This document shows, one piece after another, positions 50,046-61,965 of a stretch of 64,000 nucleotides of DNA. Below the pieces are notes generated by a model. The model had not been told where the DNA came from. It did not search any database and saw nothing but the letters and a program-made list of their open reading frames with translations. The stretch covers positions 161,696,001 through 161,760,000 of the forward strand of contig OZ024741.1 in the NCBI GenBank assembly GCA_964016885.1. Direction: 5' to 3'. The position numbers were made by a program, and so were the translations under genes. Numbering within the stretch: position 1 is the first letter of the stretch; the number at the start of each line of letters is the position of its first letter. The DNA is from Eledone cirrhosa. Its lineage: Eukaryota.

Positions 50046-51779
50046 GTATCAAACAAATAAGCAAACCATTTCATAACACCTGTGTCCAACCCCTAACAAC
50101 ATCTCAAGAGAAGATCAGACCCCAGCTTGGATGTAGAGGCTTGAAAATGACTTTTCCTCCTTCAACTTGTATAGAATTCCTCTCCTTGAAACCTTCCTTG
50201 TGGCACTTAGGGATCAATGGAAGGAACTCAACCAACTAAGAAAAAGAACAAGGGGGTTATAAGCTGCTTTGGTCAAATGGAGAAGCAAACCAGACTATGG
50301 ACTAGCATTGCCTGGTCTGCTCTTTTATATCCAACCCCCCACACAGCTCAGAATACCTTGCAGACTTTAGTGAAAATGCAAAAGGTTGTGTGGAAAGCTT
50401 CAAAGAAATGACAATGACAAAAAAAAAAAAGGACAGGTTAATAGTTTCTTATAAAAGAGAGGACATTCTCACTCTGATGCCTTTCCCTAAGATATGGTAG
50501 ATATAATATAAGGGAGACTGTGCTGAGAATTGAAAGTGAGTCACTGAGTTAATTGAAAACTTCCTGCTGTACTATAGTGTTTGTCTTATCTTATCTAAGA
50601 GATACTAATAGGCAAGGGTGTGCCGCAGCTGGTTAAACCAACTGGACATTAGTCAGAAACATAGCTGTTCATATACCATCACCAACACTGTGATGTGCTC
50701 AATGAACATTTGTTAACATTTCACTGCTCCATAAAACAAGTACCACGATGAAGTACTGCATCTCACAGATGTAAGCAGCAGGAACACTATGTGACTGCTA
50801 GTTGTTTTTGCTGGCTTGTAGTGCTAAACTCAAATTCTGCATTGATATAACTTGGAGTGGGATATATATTGTTATCATCATCAACCTTTAATGTCTCTTT
50901 TTCCATGTCGATACAGGCTGGTTAGTTCATTACAGACCAAGTCAATACTGAATTGGAGTTAGTGTCCTCATACACATTCCAAAGGCTATGTTTTGCTTAC
51001 ATTCCAGTTTCAGTACAATTTCTACAGCTGGATGCCCTCTTTAACATTAACCACTTTACAGTGGGTATTGGGTACATTTTATCATGGCACTAGCACTATA
51101 ATTTTACAGTGTACTGGGGGAATTTTATTATTACAGCAGTACTATGACCTTACAGAGAGCATTGGGTGCACTTTATCATGGCACCAACACTATGATGATT
51201 GTGATGTCCTTGATGTGACTGACTAGTCCTCACACCCTTCATAATGCTAACCACTGGTTATAAAGATTTTAAAACTGATTCACAAATGGATTACTTCACT
51301 AAATGAAATGAGAAGAACTGCAAAAAGAAAAGAAAACAACTTCACTTTACACTTCATAAAAAAAAAAAATGAAATCTATAGTAGTATCTTGAAAATCCAA
51401 TAAGTTTAGGAGTCTACATTAGTGGATAAAACTCTTGAATCTATGAGGGTAGAGGATTGGAAACGGAGATATTTGAGATTACTTTATGTCACAATATATG
51501 TTTCCATTCTGTTCCAGATAATGGTCAGTTGCTAAATTCTTCTTCAAAAGATTCAAGCAACAAAGAAAGCAAAATGGATTATCTGCTCGGTTATGTCTAA
51601 AACTGAGTGAAATGTGGATAACAAGGTTAGTATATAACCCTTTTCATACCAAACTCCCTGAAACCATCAATGATTTCATGATATAAAACTCTTTATTTTA
51701 ACCCTGTAGCATTTACATTACTCTATATTTACTATTGCATTTTAACATTAAAGGTTTTACTTCACATAATTATAAAGAA

Positions 51780-52000
51780 GTGCCAAGAAATCCCAGTAGA
51801 AGGAAGACGCAGTAGCGGAAGACCACAAAAAACATGGGCGGAGGTGGTGAGAGATGACCTCAGATCGCTGAAGCTCACAGAGGAGATGAAGAAGGACTGT
51901 GACGAATGGAGAGATGCTGTGCTGAATAGGACCCATCCCACCCTTGCAAGCAGGGAAAAGCAGACGTAAAATAATGATAATGATGATGATGATGATGAAT
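51780..52000 (+). mobile_element. RTE LINE 3' end with (GAT)n tail, inserted in a TTAA MITE
   Basis: EGRRSSGRPQKTWAEVVRDDL...W motif; related minus-strand RTE ends at ~56930-57560, 57840-58265 and 59560-59805. Confidence 0.75.
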
Positions 52001-52221
52001 TATCTCACATAATATCGAATTTACAACATTTTGATATTTATTTTAAGAACAATACCTTTATGTCACTATGAGCAGCGAGTTAAGGCCAGTTTCAATGGAA
52101 AGAGGTGAGAGAATTCTGGCCGGATATGGCCGGTTTAAATGCTAAAGGGTTAAAGTACTTATATTTATCTAAAAAAGTTTTATCTAAACTTAATTTTATG
52201 TAAACACCAGCTTAATAATGA

Positions 52222-52432
52222 TTTCTGATTTAGGCACATGGCCAACAATATTTGGGGTGGATAAGTCGATTAAATTGACCCCAGTGCATTGCTGGTACTT
52301 TATTTTATCGACCCTGTAAGGATAAAAGGCAAAGCTAGCCTCAGTGGGATTTCAACTTAGAATGTAAAGGGATGTAACTATATGCTGCAAAGCATGTTGT
52401 CTGACACTCTACGAACACTACCAATCCACCGG
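52222..52432 (-). mobile_element. Full-length Deu/Nin-like SINE
   Basis: Reverse complement of the 55311-55529 copy; nested in TTAA MITEs. Confidence 0.8.
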
Positions 52433-52769
52433 CAGCTTAATAATGAGAAAGTTAATTTACTAAATCTTTGCAAATTGTTGATTATTTTCATAAGAAACAT
52501 GGCAATGAAAGGGTTAATATGTTTATATTTATCTAAAAAAGAACTTTCAGTTTAATTTTATGTAAAACCCTTTGTTAAGTAGTTATGTTCCAAACACTAG
52601 ATTTATAAGGAGATAGTTATATTACTGACTCTTTCCAAATTCTTGATTATTTTCAGGCCGTCTTTCATAAGAAACATGGCAATGAAAAGGTTAATACCTT
52701 TATATTTATCTAAAAACCTTCCTGTATAACTTTATGTAAGAACCTTTAACTTATGTTCCAAATATCAGA

Positions 52770-52988
52770 TTAACCTTTTAGCATTTAAACCAGCTATATC
52801 CGGCCAGAATTCTCTCACTTCTTTCTGTTCAAACTGGCTGTATCTGGCCACTCATACTGATGTTAAGGTATCAAAATAAATATCAAAATCTCATAGATTC
52901 AATATTATGTGAGATAAAGCCTTTACCATGAAAATATAATAGTATATATAATAGTAAATATTGAGTAATATAAATGCTAAAGGGTTAA
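52770..52988. mobile_element. piggyBac-type MITE (same family as 1774-2006)
   Basis: TTAA|CCTTTTAGCATTTA ... TAAATGCTAAAGGG|TTAA. Confidence 0.82.
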
Positions 52989-53905
52989 TAAGGAAACATT
53001 TAGTTATATTACTAAATCCCTCCAAATTCTTGATCATTTTTCAAATGATTTCAAAATCTTAAACAGCGTCTTTCATTATAAATATGTTATTGAAAGGGTT
53101 AATTGAACTACTTTATTGTTAGCTTTACATAATTTCAAATTGACTGGGAGGATAAATCTGTACCATTACATAGTGAATATATAAGTAGTCATGTGAAATG
53201 TGACATAGAGATAGGCATGGTTGAGTGGTTAAGAAGTTCACTATGCAGTCATGAGGTCCCAGGTTTGATCCTACTGCATGGCATCTTGGTCAAGTATATT
53301 TACCATATCCTTGTGTTGGCCTAAGCTTTGTGAATGAAATTAAAACATAGAAACTGTGCTGAAACCCATCAGTGGGATTGTACCTGTAATCCAAAGGTAC
53401 TTTCCTGTGATATATTGTCCCACTCCATTTCAGCTAGGGAACTACATTAACCTTTAGCACGCTAGAAATTTTAATGAATTGTTTCCCTTGACACTGCATT
53501 ATGTATTAAGGGCAGATTACTCTATCGATGACATAATGCACCTGGAGTGTTCAGAAGGTTAAGGATACATATATTTGTGTAATATTCAGCCATTAACATG
53601 TTAATTCACCAACACTCCCTTGCCACCACACCACCATACCACAACACCACCATACCAACACACCTCTACACCACCACACCACACCACCATACAACCACAC
53701 CACCACACCACCACACCTCTACACCTCTACACCACCACACCACCTCACCACCATACCATCACACCTCTACAGCACCATACCACCACACCACCACAGGTTA
53801 TAACTGGTTCCAATAGTGTTGTCATCAGGGAAATCTAATTAAATTTCAAAGTTGACAAATATCAACAATTTTGTTGGTTTAATTGAATGTATAATTCAGA
53901 TATGA

Positions 53906-54420
53906 AGGTGGTGGTGGTGGTGGTAGTAGTGAAGGTAATGGTGGTGGGGGCAGCGATAGTGGGGAAGATAATGGTGGTGGCGATAGTAGTGAAGATAATA
54001 GTGGTGGTGGTGGTAGTAGTGAAGATAATGATGGTGGTGGTGGTAGTGAAGATAATGGTGGTGGGGGTGGCGAGAGTAGTGAAGATAATGGTGGTGGTGG
54101 TGATAGTAGTGAAGATAATGGTGGAGGTGGTGGTGGTGGTGATAGTAGTGAAGATAATGGTGGAGGTGGTGGTGGTGGTGATAGTAGTGAAGATAATGGT
54201 GGTGGTGGTGGTGGCGATAGTAGTGAAGATAATGGTGGAGGTGGTGGTGGTGGTGGTGATAGTAGTGAAGATAATGGTGGTGGTGGTGGTGGTGGTGGTG
54301 GTGGTGGTGATAGTAGTGAAGATAATGGTGGTGGTGGTGGTGGTGGCGATAGTAGTGAAGATAATGGTGGTGGTGGTGGTTGTAGTGAAGATAATGGTGG
54401 AGGTGGTGGTGGTAGGAGTT
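53906..54420 (+). repeat. Compound minisatellite: core GATAGTAGTGAAGATAAT with variable (GGT)n linkers
   Basis: ~14 cores; the Val-rich ORF is a compositional artefact. Confidence 0.9.
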
Positions 54421-54879
54421 TGGTGGTGCTGGTGAGGGTTGTAGTGGTGATATTTATAGAAGTCGTAGTGGGAGTGAGATGGTTATAGGGTGGCTCTTTC
54501 CTTCTCTCTTACTCTCTCTCTCTTACTCTCCCTCCCTCCCAGTTCGCTCTCTACATATAATCTCCTTATCACACAATGATGATGATGATGATGGTGACAT
54601 TGATGGTGATGTTGGTAATGTTGATGACTATGATGATGATAATGCTTATTGCTGTCTTTATTTATTATTTATTGTTTTTTTTCTTCTCTTTTTGACAGTT
54701 TTCCAAACTGTCAAAATAAAATGTTTCCTTTAATTTCTGAAATCACTTTCTCACTGGCGAGCCCCCAGCTTACCTGTTGAGTAACTATCACCTGCAGCAA
54801 GTTAATGAAATATACTACCTGTTCCTCATAGATGGAGGTTTTACCTTTGGTAGGGATTAACAGACTTGTGATTTGGTAA

Positions 54880-55225
54880 CACTCACACACACACATTTAC
54901 ACACACACACATTCACACACACATACACACACACACACATTCACACACACACATTCACACACACACACATTCACACATATTCACATGCTCAAACACAAAC
55001 ACATACCCACACACACACATATATACACATATCTCCACACACAAGACACGCTCACACACAGACGCACTCACACGTGCAGACATTTACAAATGCAAACGCA
55101 CTCACACGAACAGACACACAGACGCACTCTCACCCAGACACGTGTGCACACACACACACATACACACATAGTCACACACTCACACAGAGGAAAGGTGCAG
55201 AAACACTCACACACAGACACACTCT
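54880..55225 (+). repeat. Degenerate (CA)n tract
   Basis: CA-rich low-complexity sequence. Confidence 0.85.
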
Positions 55226-55310
55226 AGATAGTATTCCAGGGGTTGCAAGATAACATTTCAGTATTTTGTTTTTTATCAATAACATTATTTATTGTATTAG
55301 AAAACCAAAG

Positions 55311-55529
55311 GGCCGTGAATTGGCAGTATCGGTAGAGGGTCGGACGCCATGCTTTGCAGCATAGAGTTACGGCCCTTTATGATCTGAGTTCAAATCCCGC
55401 CGACGTTAACTTTGCCTTTCATCCTTACGGGGTCGATAAAATAAAGTACCAGTCATGCACTGGGGTCGATTTAATCGGCTCTCCCCTCCCCCCAAAATTG
55501 CTGGCCTTGTGCCTAAATCAGAAACTATT
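55311..55529 (+). mobile_element. Full-length tRNA-derived SINE (Deu/Nin-like core)
   Basis: A-box TGGCAGTATCGG, B-box GAGTTCAAATCC, core and 3' tail GCTGGCCTTGTGCCTAAATCAGAAAC. Confidence 0.88.
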
Positions 55530-57621
55530 GTTGTATCAGAAAACAAGGTGCCACGTTTTGAAAAAAACTCATAACCAAGGAACAGGAACAAAAGAGTCAA
55601 TAAATTTAAATTTACTTATGAACGTTAATTTTTAAACTTTTTATTTTGTAAATTTCATACATGATAATTTAATTCTTTTTTAAAGATGTATTCAAATTTT
55701 AATTTGCTATAATATTTTTTCTTTTCCATATGTTTCATTTTTGTTCACATATTATTAAACAATTAGATTATATAAATTTGTTGCTCAAATTTAGTATTAA
55801 TTCATCTTCTTTATCCTGAAATAAATTATCACTTTTTAAGGGGTGCGACAATATAATAAAAATGTTTAGGGGTGTGGGCATGAAAAAAGTTGGGAAACAC
55901 TGCACTATAGAGTTGCAGTATAGTGGATGCATTCCATGGAGAGAAGGGTAAGGCAAGGATATGAGAGTGTAGTGGATACTACAGCAGAAATAGAGGAAAT
56001 TGTTTGGATTAAATGGATCTTCACAGACAGAGTCAATACTCAAGCAGGGCCACTGACCTTCCAGACAGGTTGGAGGTGTGCATTTCACTTAATTAATGTC
56101 TCATGCTCCACTCACTGAGTGCATTTTATTGTGACACCTACACTAAAGAGGTTGTCCTGTCTTCCAAAATCCTTAGTTTATCAAGCTTTCTACAGCCCTT
56201 CCTATCACAAACCACTTTACAGAGTGTACTGGATCTGTTTATCAGGTAGATCACCAACACTAGAGAGGTTGCCATGCCATTGACACAACAGAAACGTCCT
56301 CTCAACCCTTTTTAGCATGGTTTCTATAGTGGGGTGCCCTTCCTATCACCAACCATCTTACAGAGTGTAGTGGGTACATTTCATGGCACCAACACTAAAG
56401 AAGTTGTCAATTATCGTCACAACAAAAGAGCCCCCCTTGCTCAGAGGAAGAAGGTTGATAAGTATGATGTTATGGATGTATGGCAAGTGTGGCGGAATTT
56501 GACAATAGTGTAAGAGGAGTCACAGATTTGTCAGATTTTTTAGGAGGGGTGTAGTGATGGTGATAATAAGAGGTGATAGTAGTGGGGATGTAGATAGGGT
56601 GGTTGATAGCAAGGTGGGGGGTACTCACCGGTGTTAGGATTTTGGGGAGGTGTAATGATGGAGAAAATAGCTAAGGAATGGTAATGGGGGTGGCATGGAC
56701 ACGATGGAGGTGCACAGGAAGGGAGAGAGTAGCTACTCAGGTGTGATTGTGAGGATATCAAAGGACTTTAGAGTGGGGAATAGCTGAAGAATGATAGTGA
56801 AGGGTGATTTATTGATAGTGAGGAAAGCTACTATGGAGTGCTGGTGGTGAGGTTAGCTACTAATGAGTGCTAGTGGAGTAGGGTATAAGGATGGAGATGG
56901 GTTAAGTCATTTTATGCTGGTAGACAGGTCTTCATCAGCACAGCATAGCGCTAGCCCTCACAATCCTTTGTTATCTTTGTTGTGAGGTTCAGCTTCTTAA
57001 GGTCAGTCTTCACTACATCATCTCAAGTTTTCCTGTGTCTACCTCTTCCATGGGTCCAAGCCAATGAAATTTCTCTGCACTTCTTTATACATCTGCTATC
57101 TTCCATACACATCATATGTACATACGAATGCAGTCTTCTCTCTTATACACTATATCCAATCTCTCTTATGCCAAGTTTTTCTCTCAACTCACTTATCATT
57201 CACACACATTAACATTACAGAGCGTACTCATTTCATTTTTTTCTAGTTTTACAGGCCTTCTGCTGTCAAAGCCCATGTTTCACTTCTAAGTAACATTGCA
57301 GTTCACATACAGGTATCATGCATGCTACCCTTCACTTTGAGAAAGAAGCATTGCCTGTCACACTTTCAGAGCATCCTCCTCTGCTGATGAGGTAAGAAAA
57401 GCTGTCAACAACTTCTAAGGAGCCTCCCTGGCAACTGAGGCTATTTATTTCACATGTGCTCTGAGTGCTTACTTCTCCAATGCAACTCCTATATAGAAAA
57501 TCTATCATTTCTGCTAACCTGTCTGCAATCCCCTACAACTCTTAAGCGTCCATATATATATGTTTGTGTGTGTGTCGTATGTACTGTATGTGGTGAGTGT
57601 GATGTGTTTGGTGTGGTGTGG

Positions 57622-57675
<54 letters not shown>

Positions 57676-58310
57676 ATGCATCTCTACATATTAATTCACA
57701 ATTTGGAAGTGAACTTCTGTAAATATTGAAATGCATTGGGAAGGTTCTAGATAGAAAAAATGTATGAGAGCGAGAGAATATTCATACACATCTCTTTCCC
57801 TTTCTTTATATATGTATATATATATGTGTGTGTGTAAATATCATCATTATCATTTTTGTGTCCACTTTTTCATGCTTGCATGAGTTGGATGGGTCCTTCT
57901 CAGCATGGCGTCTCTTCATATGTTGCAATCCTTTGTCATCTCCTCTGTAAATGTCTGTGATTTGAGGTCAGCTCTCACAACCTCTGTTCAGGTCTTTCTT
58001 GATCTACCTCTACTGTGGCTTCCATTGGCATTTCCTGGCACTTCTTCACTCAGTGATCATTGTCCATGCGCATCACATGTCCAATGTAGTCTTCTCTTCT
58101 GTACACCACCTCGGATTCCTCTTAAACCCAGCTTCTCTCTCAACTTGTCCAAGCTCTGTCTTTCGCTCACACTTACATTGCACATCCAATGGAGCATATT
58201 TGCTTCATTTCTCTCCAGTCTACACAATTCCTTTGCAGTCACAGCCCATGTTTCGCTACATCCTTTTGTATTGATGCTCTGACTAATCGGAGTACAAATA
58301 CAAATTTTTA

Positions 58311-58402
58311 ATTTGGAAAGCCTTTCGTTATAAATTTTAAGGCTGTGACAATCATCGCAACCTTAAAATTCATAGTGAAAGGCCTTCCAAATGTTTTTCA
58401 TA
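58311..58402. repeat. ~90-bp imperfect palindrome (centre of a fold-back MITE)
   Basis: ATTTGGAAAGCCTTTC...AATTTTAAGG / CCTTAAAATT...GAAAGGCCTTCCAAAT; a deleted copy at ~58665-58727. Confidence 0.7.
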
Positions 58403-58727
58403 AACATCCTGTATATTATTAAATACACAATATGTACATTTATATATGTATATCGCTATGTCGGAAAAACCAATACAAATTTTTTATTTATGCTGGGCCG
58501 GCTACCACTCTGTATGCAAATGAGTTTCATCAGCTCATAAACATAAGTAGAATTCTATAAGAATCTAGCTTAGTTTAGCTTCATGTAGTCTTGATAACCA
58601 TAAATAAGTAAGAAATGGTGGCATCATCAATTACTTCCTCCTGCTTCTGCTGAAGCTAGATAAGTGACGATTGTCACAACCTTAAAATTCCAAATGTTTT
58701 CATAAGCATCCCGTATATTATTAAATA

Positions 58728-59124
58728 TACGAGAGTAATCCCAAAAGTAAGGTCTCCAAAGCGATGGGGACGCAGAGAAACTGTTCGTACAGCTGTTGGC
58801 AACACTGTTGTGATTGGTGCTTCCTTCACTCCCAAACAAGCATGTGTGCGCTTCGCTGGGATGCTCAATCTTGGCTTGGCAACCGTTGAGAATGGAGCTC
58901 CCGTTGAACGTTACCGCCAAGTGCGAATTTCGCGCAGTTATTATATAGAGGGCAATCCCAAAAGTAAGGTGTCCTTCCGAGGAAAACATGCGTAAAGATC
59001 GGCAGATCACTCTGGATGCTCTCTGCATTTTGGTTCCTGAGGTTTTACGAAGCACCATCCACAGGATTTTAACGGAAAAGTTACAATATTGGAAGGAGAC
59101 CTTACTTTTGGGATTGCCCTCGTA
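58728..59124 (+). mobile_element. Internally deleted mariner/Tc1 element with TA TSD and an extra internal left TIR
   Basis: Left TIR TACGAGAGTAATCCCAAAAGTAAGGTCTCC (58728-58757), internal copy (58946-58974) and right TIR GGAGACCTTACTTTTGGGATTGCCCTCGTA (59095-59124). Transposase HTH remnant RKDRQITLDAL...STIHRILTEKLQY. Confidence 0.88.
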
Positions 59125-59825
59125 TAATACATACATTCATATAAATCATCATCATCGTTTAATGTCTATCTTCCACGCTAGCATGGGTTAGACGGGAATT
59201 GTCCCACTTGAAGCAAGATTGGTAGGGTAACCATGTCTCACTCGTATAGGACTGTCTGGCAGGTTTTCTACAGCTGGGTGCCCTTCCTAACACCAACCAC
59301 ATTTACAGTGTGGACTGAGAGGGTTTTACCATGTTACCTACAAGGCCACATTACAGCGTGGACTGTGTGTTTTTTTGTCGTGACACCTACACAACCTCAT
59401 TAGTTAGGACTGGATGTTGTGGTACCAACATAACTTTACAGAGAAAGGGTGGTGTTGGTGGAGTAGGGGTAGTAACCAAATATATTTGATTAAGAGGTGC
59501 CTACTGATTGTAGGTTTCGCTGTGTACATAGGCAAGGCAGGTCTTCTGTATTACTGCGTAGCGCCAAGGATCTCGGTCCAGTGACATTGTCTTAGAGAGG
59601 TGCAAGTGTGTAAGGTCGGAATTTATCAAATCGTCCCAGGTTTTTCTGGGTCTACCTACTCCGTATCTTCCATCAATTTTGATCGCCCTGCACTTTTTTT
59701 ATACAGCTGTCGTCTATCATGTGCATCACGTGACCATACCAACGTAGTTTTCTTTTAAGTAAACAACATCTAATCCCTCTTATTCCTAATTTCTCTCTTA
59801 GTTCATACATACATATATATTCATA

Positions 59826-59890
<65 letters not shown>

Positions 59891-60550
59891 ATATAAATAG
59901 GGAGACACAAAGCAGGCTTTGTTTACAAAGCACATGTTACTACCTAATACATATATAAGTAAGTTTGTTTTGAAACAGCGAGCGGGTTTGAAACTAAAAA
60001 TAGAAGCTTTTGGTGTATTTTTTGACTGAAGAAATTTATTCAGTCAAAAAATTTCTTCAGTCAAAAAATGCAGCAAAAGCTTCTATTCTCTCTGTTTCTC
60101 TCACCTTCTTTCTCCCCCTCTGTCTATTACACTTTCTCTCGACTGACCGCTTCCTCGCACTTCCACTCACTCACTCTCTGTTTCTCCCCTTCTCACTTCC
60201 TCTCGTTTGGCTAACAGTGGGCCTCTTCTTGCTTACATCCCACTCACGGTGGACGTGTCTGTACATTTTGCTCATGAAATCCACCCAGCTTATGCTGACC
60301 AGGACTACCATGTTGCTTGTTTATTTCCTTTCTTTGGTTTGCTTTTATCCTTCTATGTTGTTCACTTGTCCCCCTCGTTTTACGCGATTTACTGGTCCCA
60401 ATAACTTATTTTAGTTATTGCTCGCACCAACCTGAGGTATCTGATTTTTAATGCGATGAAATACCAATGATGGTTGGAAAATCACTGACGAAGGACTATT
60501 TTTATCATATGTAACCTATGTGCAACCACGCAGTATTCTTCTTTCTTCTC

Positions 60551-60596
<46 letters not shown>

Positions 60597-61685
60597 TATT
60601 AAGAAAAAAATAAAATTTTAAACGAAGGAGTTTGATGAAAAATAGGAATTAGAACCGGTGGCCATATAATCCATCTTATCAATTAATAAGCATTAAAATC
60701 AAAATTTATAATCAATTACATATTTACTGTTGAAGGTCTGTTTATGTGTGTGTGTGCTTATGTATGTATGTTCTTTCGTTATTTCACAAATTATTACCAA
60801 AATGGAGATTCGGTTTCTAACACAGACAACACTCATTGGATTTTAATCATCAACTAGGTTTATATGTATGAATGTCTGCATGCATGCTGCTATCCATCTT
60901 ATTCTATGTGTGCAAGTCTATCTTTTCAGGTATTTGTGCGTGTGTAAATGCATTCTACCCCTACGTGTGTACATGCAGTGATTAGATGCAGAACTTTTGC
61001 AATGTTTCAAACTCTTTCCAAGTATAGTCAGAGTCGAGTATATGAAAATGTTTCCGTATTTACGCATAGAGAGTAATATAGATAAGAAAAATAGATCATC
61101 ATCACCGACAAACGCTATATTGTCCCCACTTTAAAGGATACGCTTTTGCAATAAAACAACAGGGAATCAAAACAAACTATCGGATTCGCTAATATTTAAT
61201 ATTATATTCGCATCTGCTTGGCAGCGAACTCCAACTGCTGGGCCTACATTCTTTTCTCTGTCTTATCTGTTATGCTTGCACTTCATTACTTTTCACTGGA
61301 ACAATCCACAACTACTCTTTCTATGTCTTACACGTTGCTGTACACGTTACACAATTTTTTGACCTTATGTAAGTGAATGGAAGAGAGAAAGGAGACAGAG
61401 AGAGAGAGAAGAGATGTATGGAAGAGTAGAATGTGGGACAATATATATATATAAAGAGAGAAGTATGTATGAATATTCTCTCTCTCCCTGTCTGATAAAC
61501 ATTTTTTTTATATCTAAAACTTCTCAATACATTTTTAGAATGTTGGTATCAGTGTATATATATTATTAAGAATGACAATAAATGCAGGTGAGTGTTGTGA
61601 CATGGTTTTACTTCACAGAAGTCAAATAAATTAATAGAAATAATTTTTACCACATGTTGATGGTCACAACTCCCAGACTGGAGTG

Positions 61686-61965
61686 TGTAGCGAAAGAGAG
61701 AGAGAGAAGACAGGAGTCATCTCTTGACAAGGTCTGAAGTGTTCTTCTTGCTGCGGCGTAGGAAGTGAGAGTTAATGCCTTGATGTTCTCAAATATATAG
61801 TCCCCAGGGGGACGCAACTCCATTTAGTACATGGATTTGCCACTGGGAGTCGCAACCGTCACAAAGGGACGCAACTCCTATACTTATCTGCCACTGGGAG
61901 TCACGACCGTCACAAAGGGATGCAACTCCTATACGTTCTGAGTTCCAGCCATAAGGGTCACTACA
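61686..61965 (-). repeat. Probable 3' LTR of the Gypsy element
   Basis: PPT GGAGGAGGGTAC directly precedes TGTAGTG (61965). Candidate end CGCTACA (61686), TATA-like CTATATATTT and 51-bp U3 direct repeats. The distal boundary is uncertain and could reach ~61550. Confidence 0.6.

Noticed and set aside
53598-55253. His/Thr-rich and Val-rich ORFs
   Set aside because: These are translations of (CAC)n, (GGT)n and (CA)n simple repeats.
55311-55400. tRNA genes at A-box/B-box motifs
   Set aside because: The motifs are SINE heads followed by the shared SINE core and tail, with no cloverleaf.
59985-60040. Hammerhead ribozyme (GAAA...CTGAAGA)
   Set aside because: There is no UH cleavage site after a stem III, and stems I and II cannot be formed.
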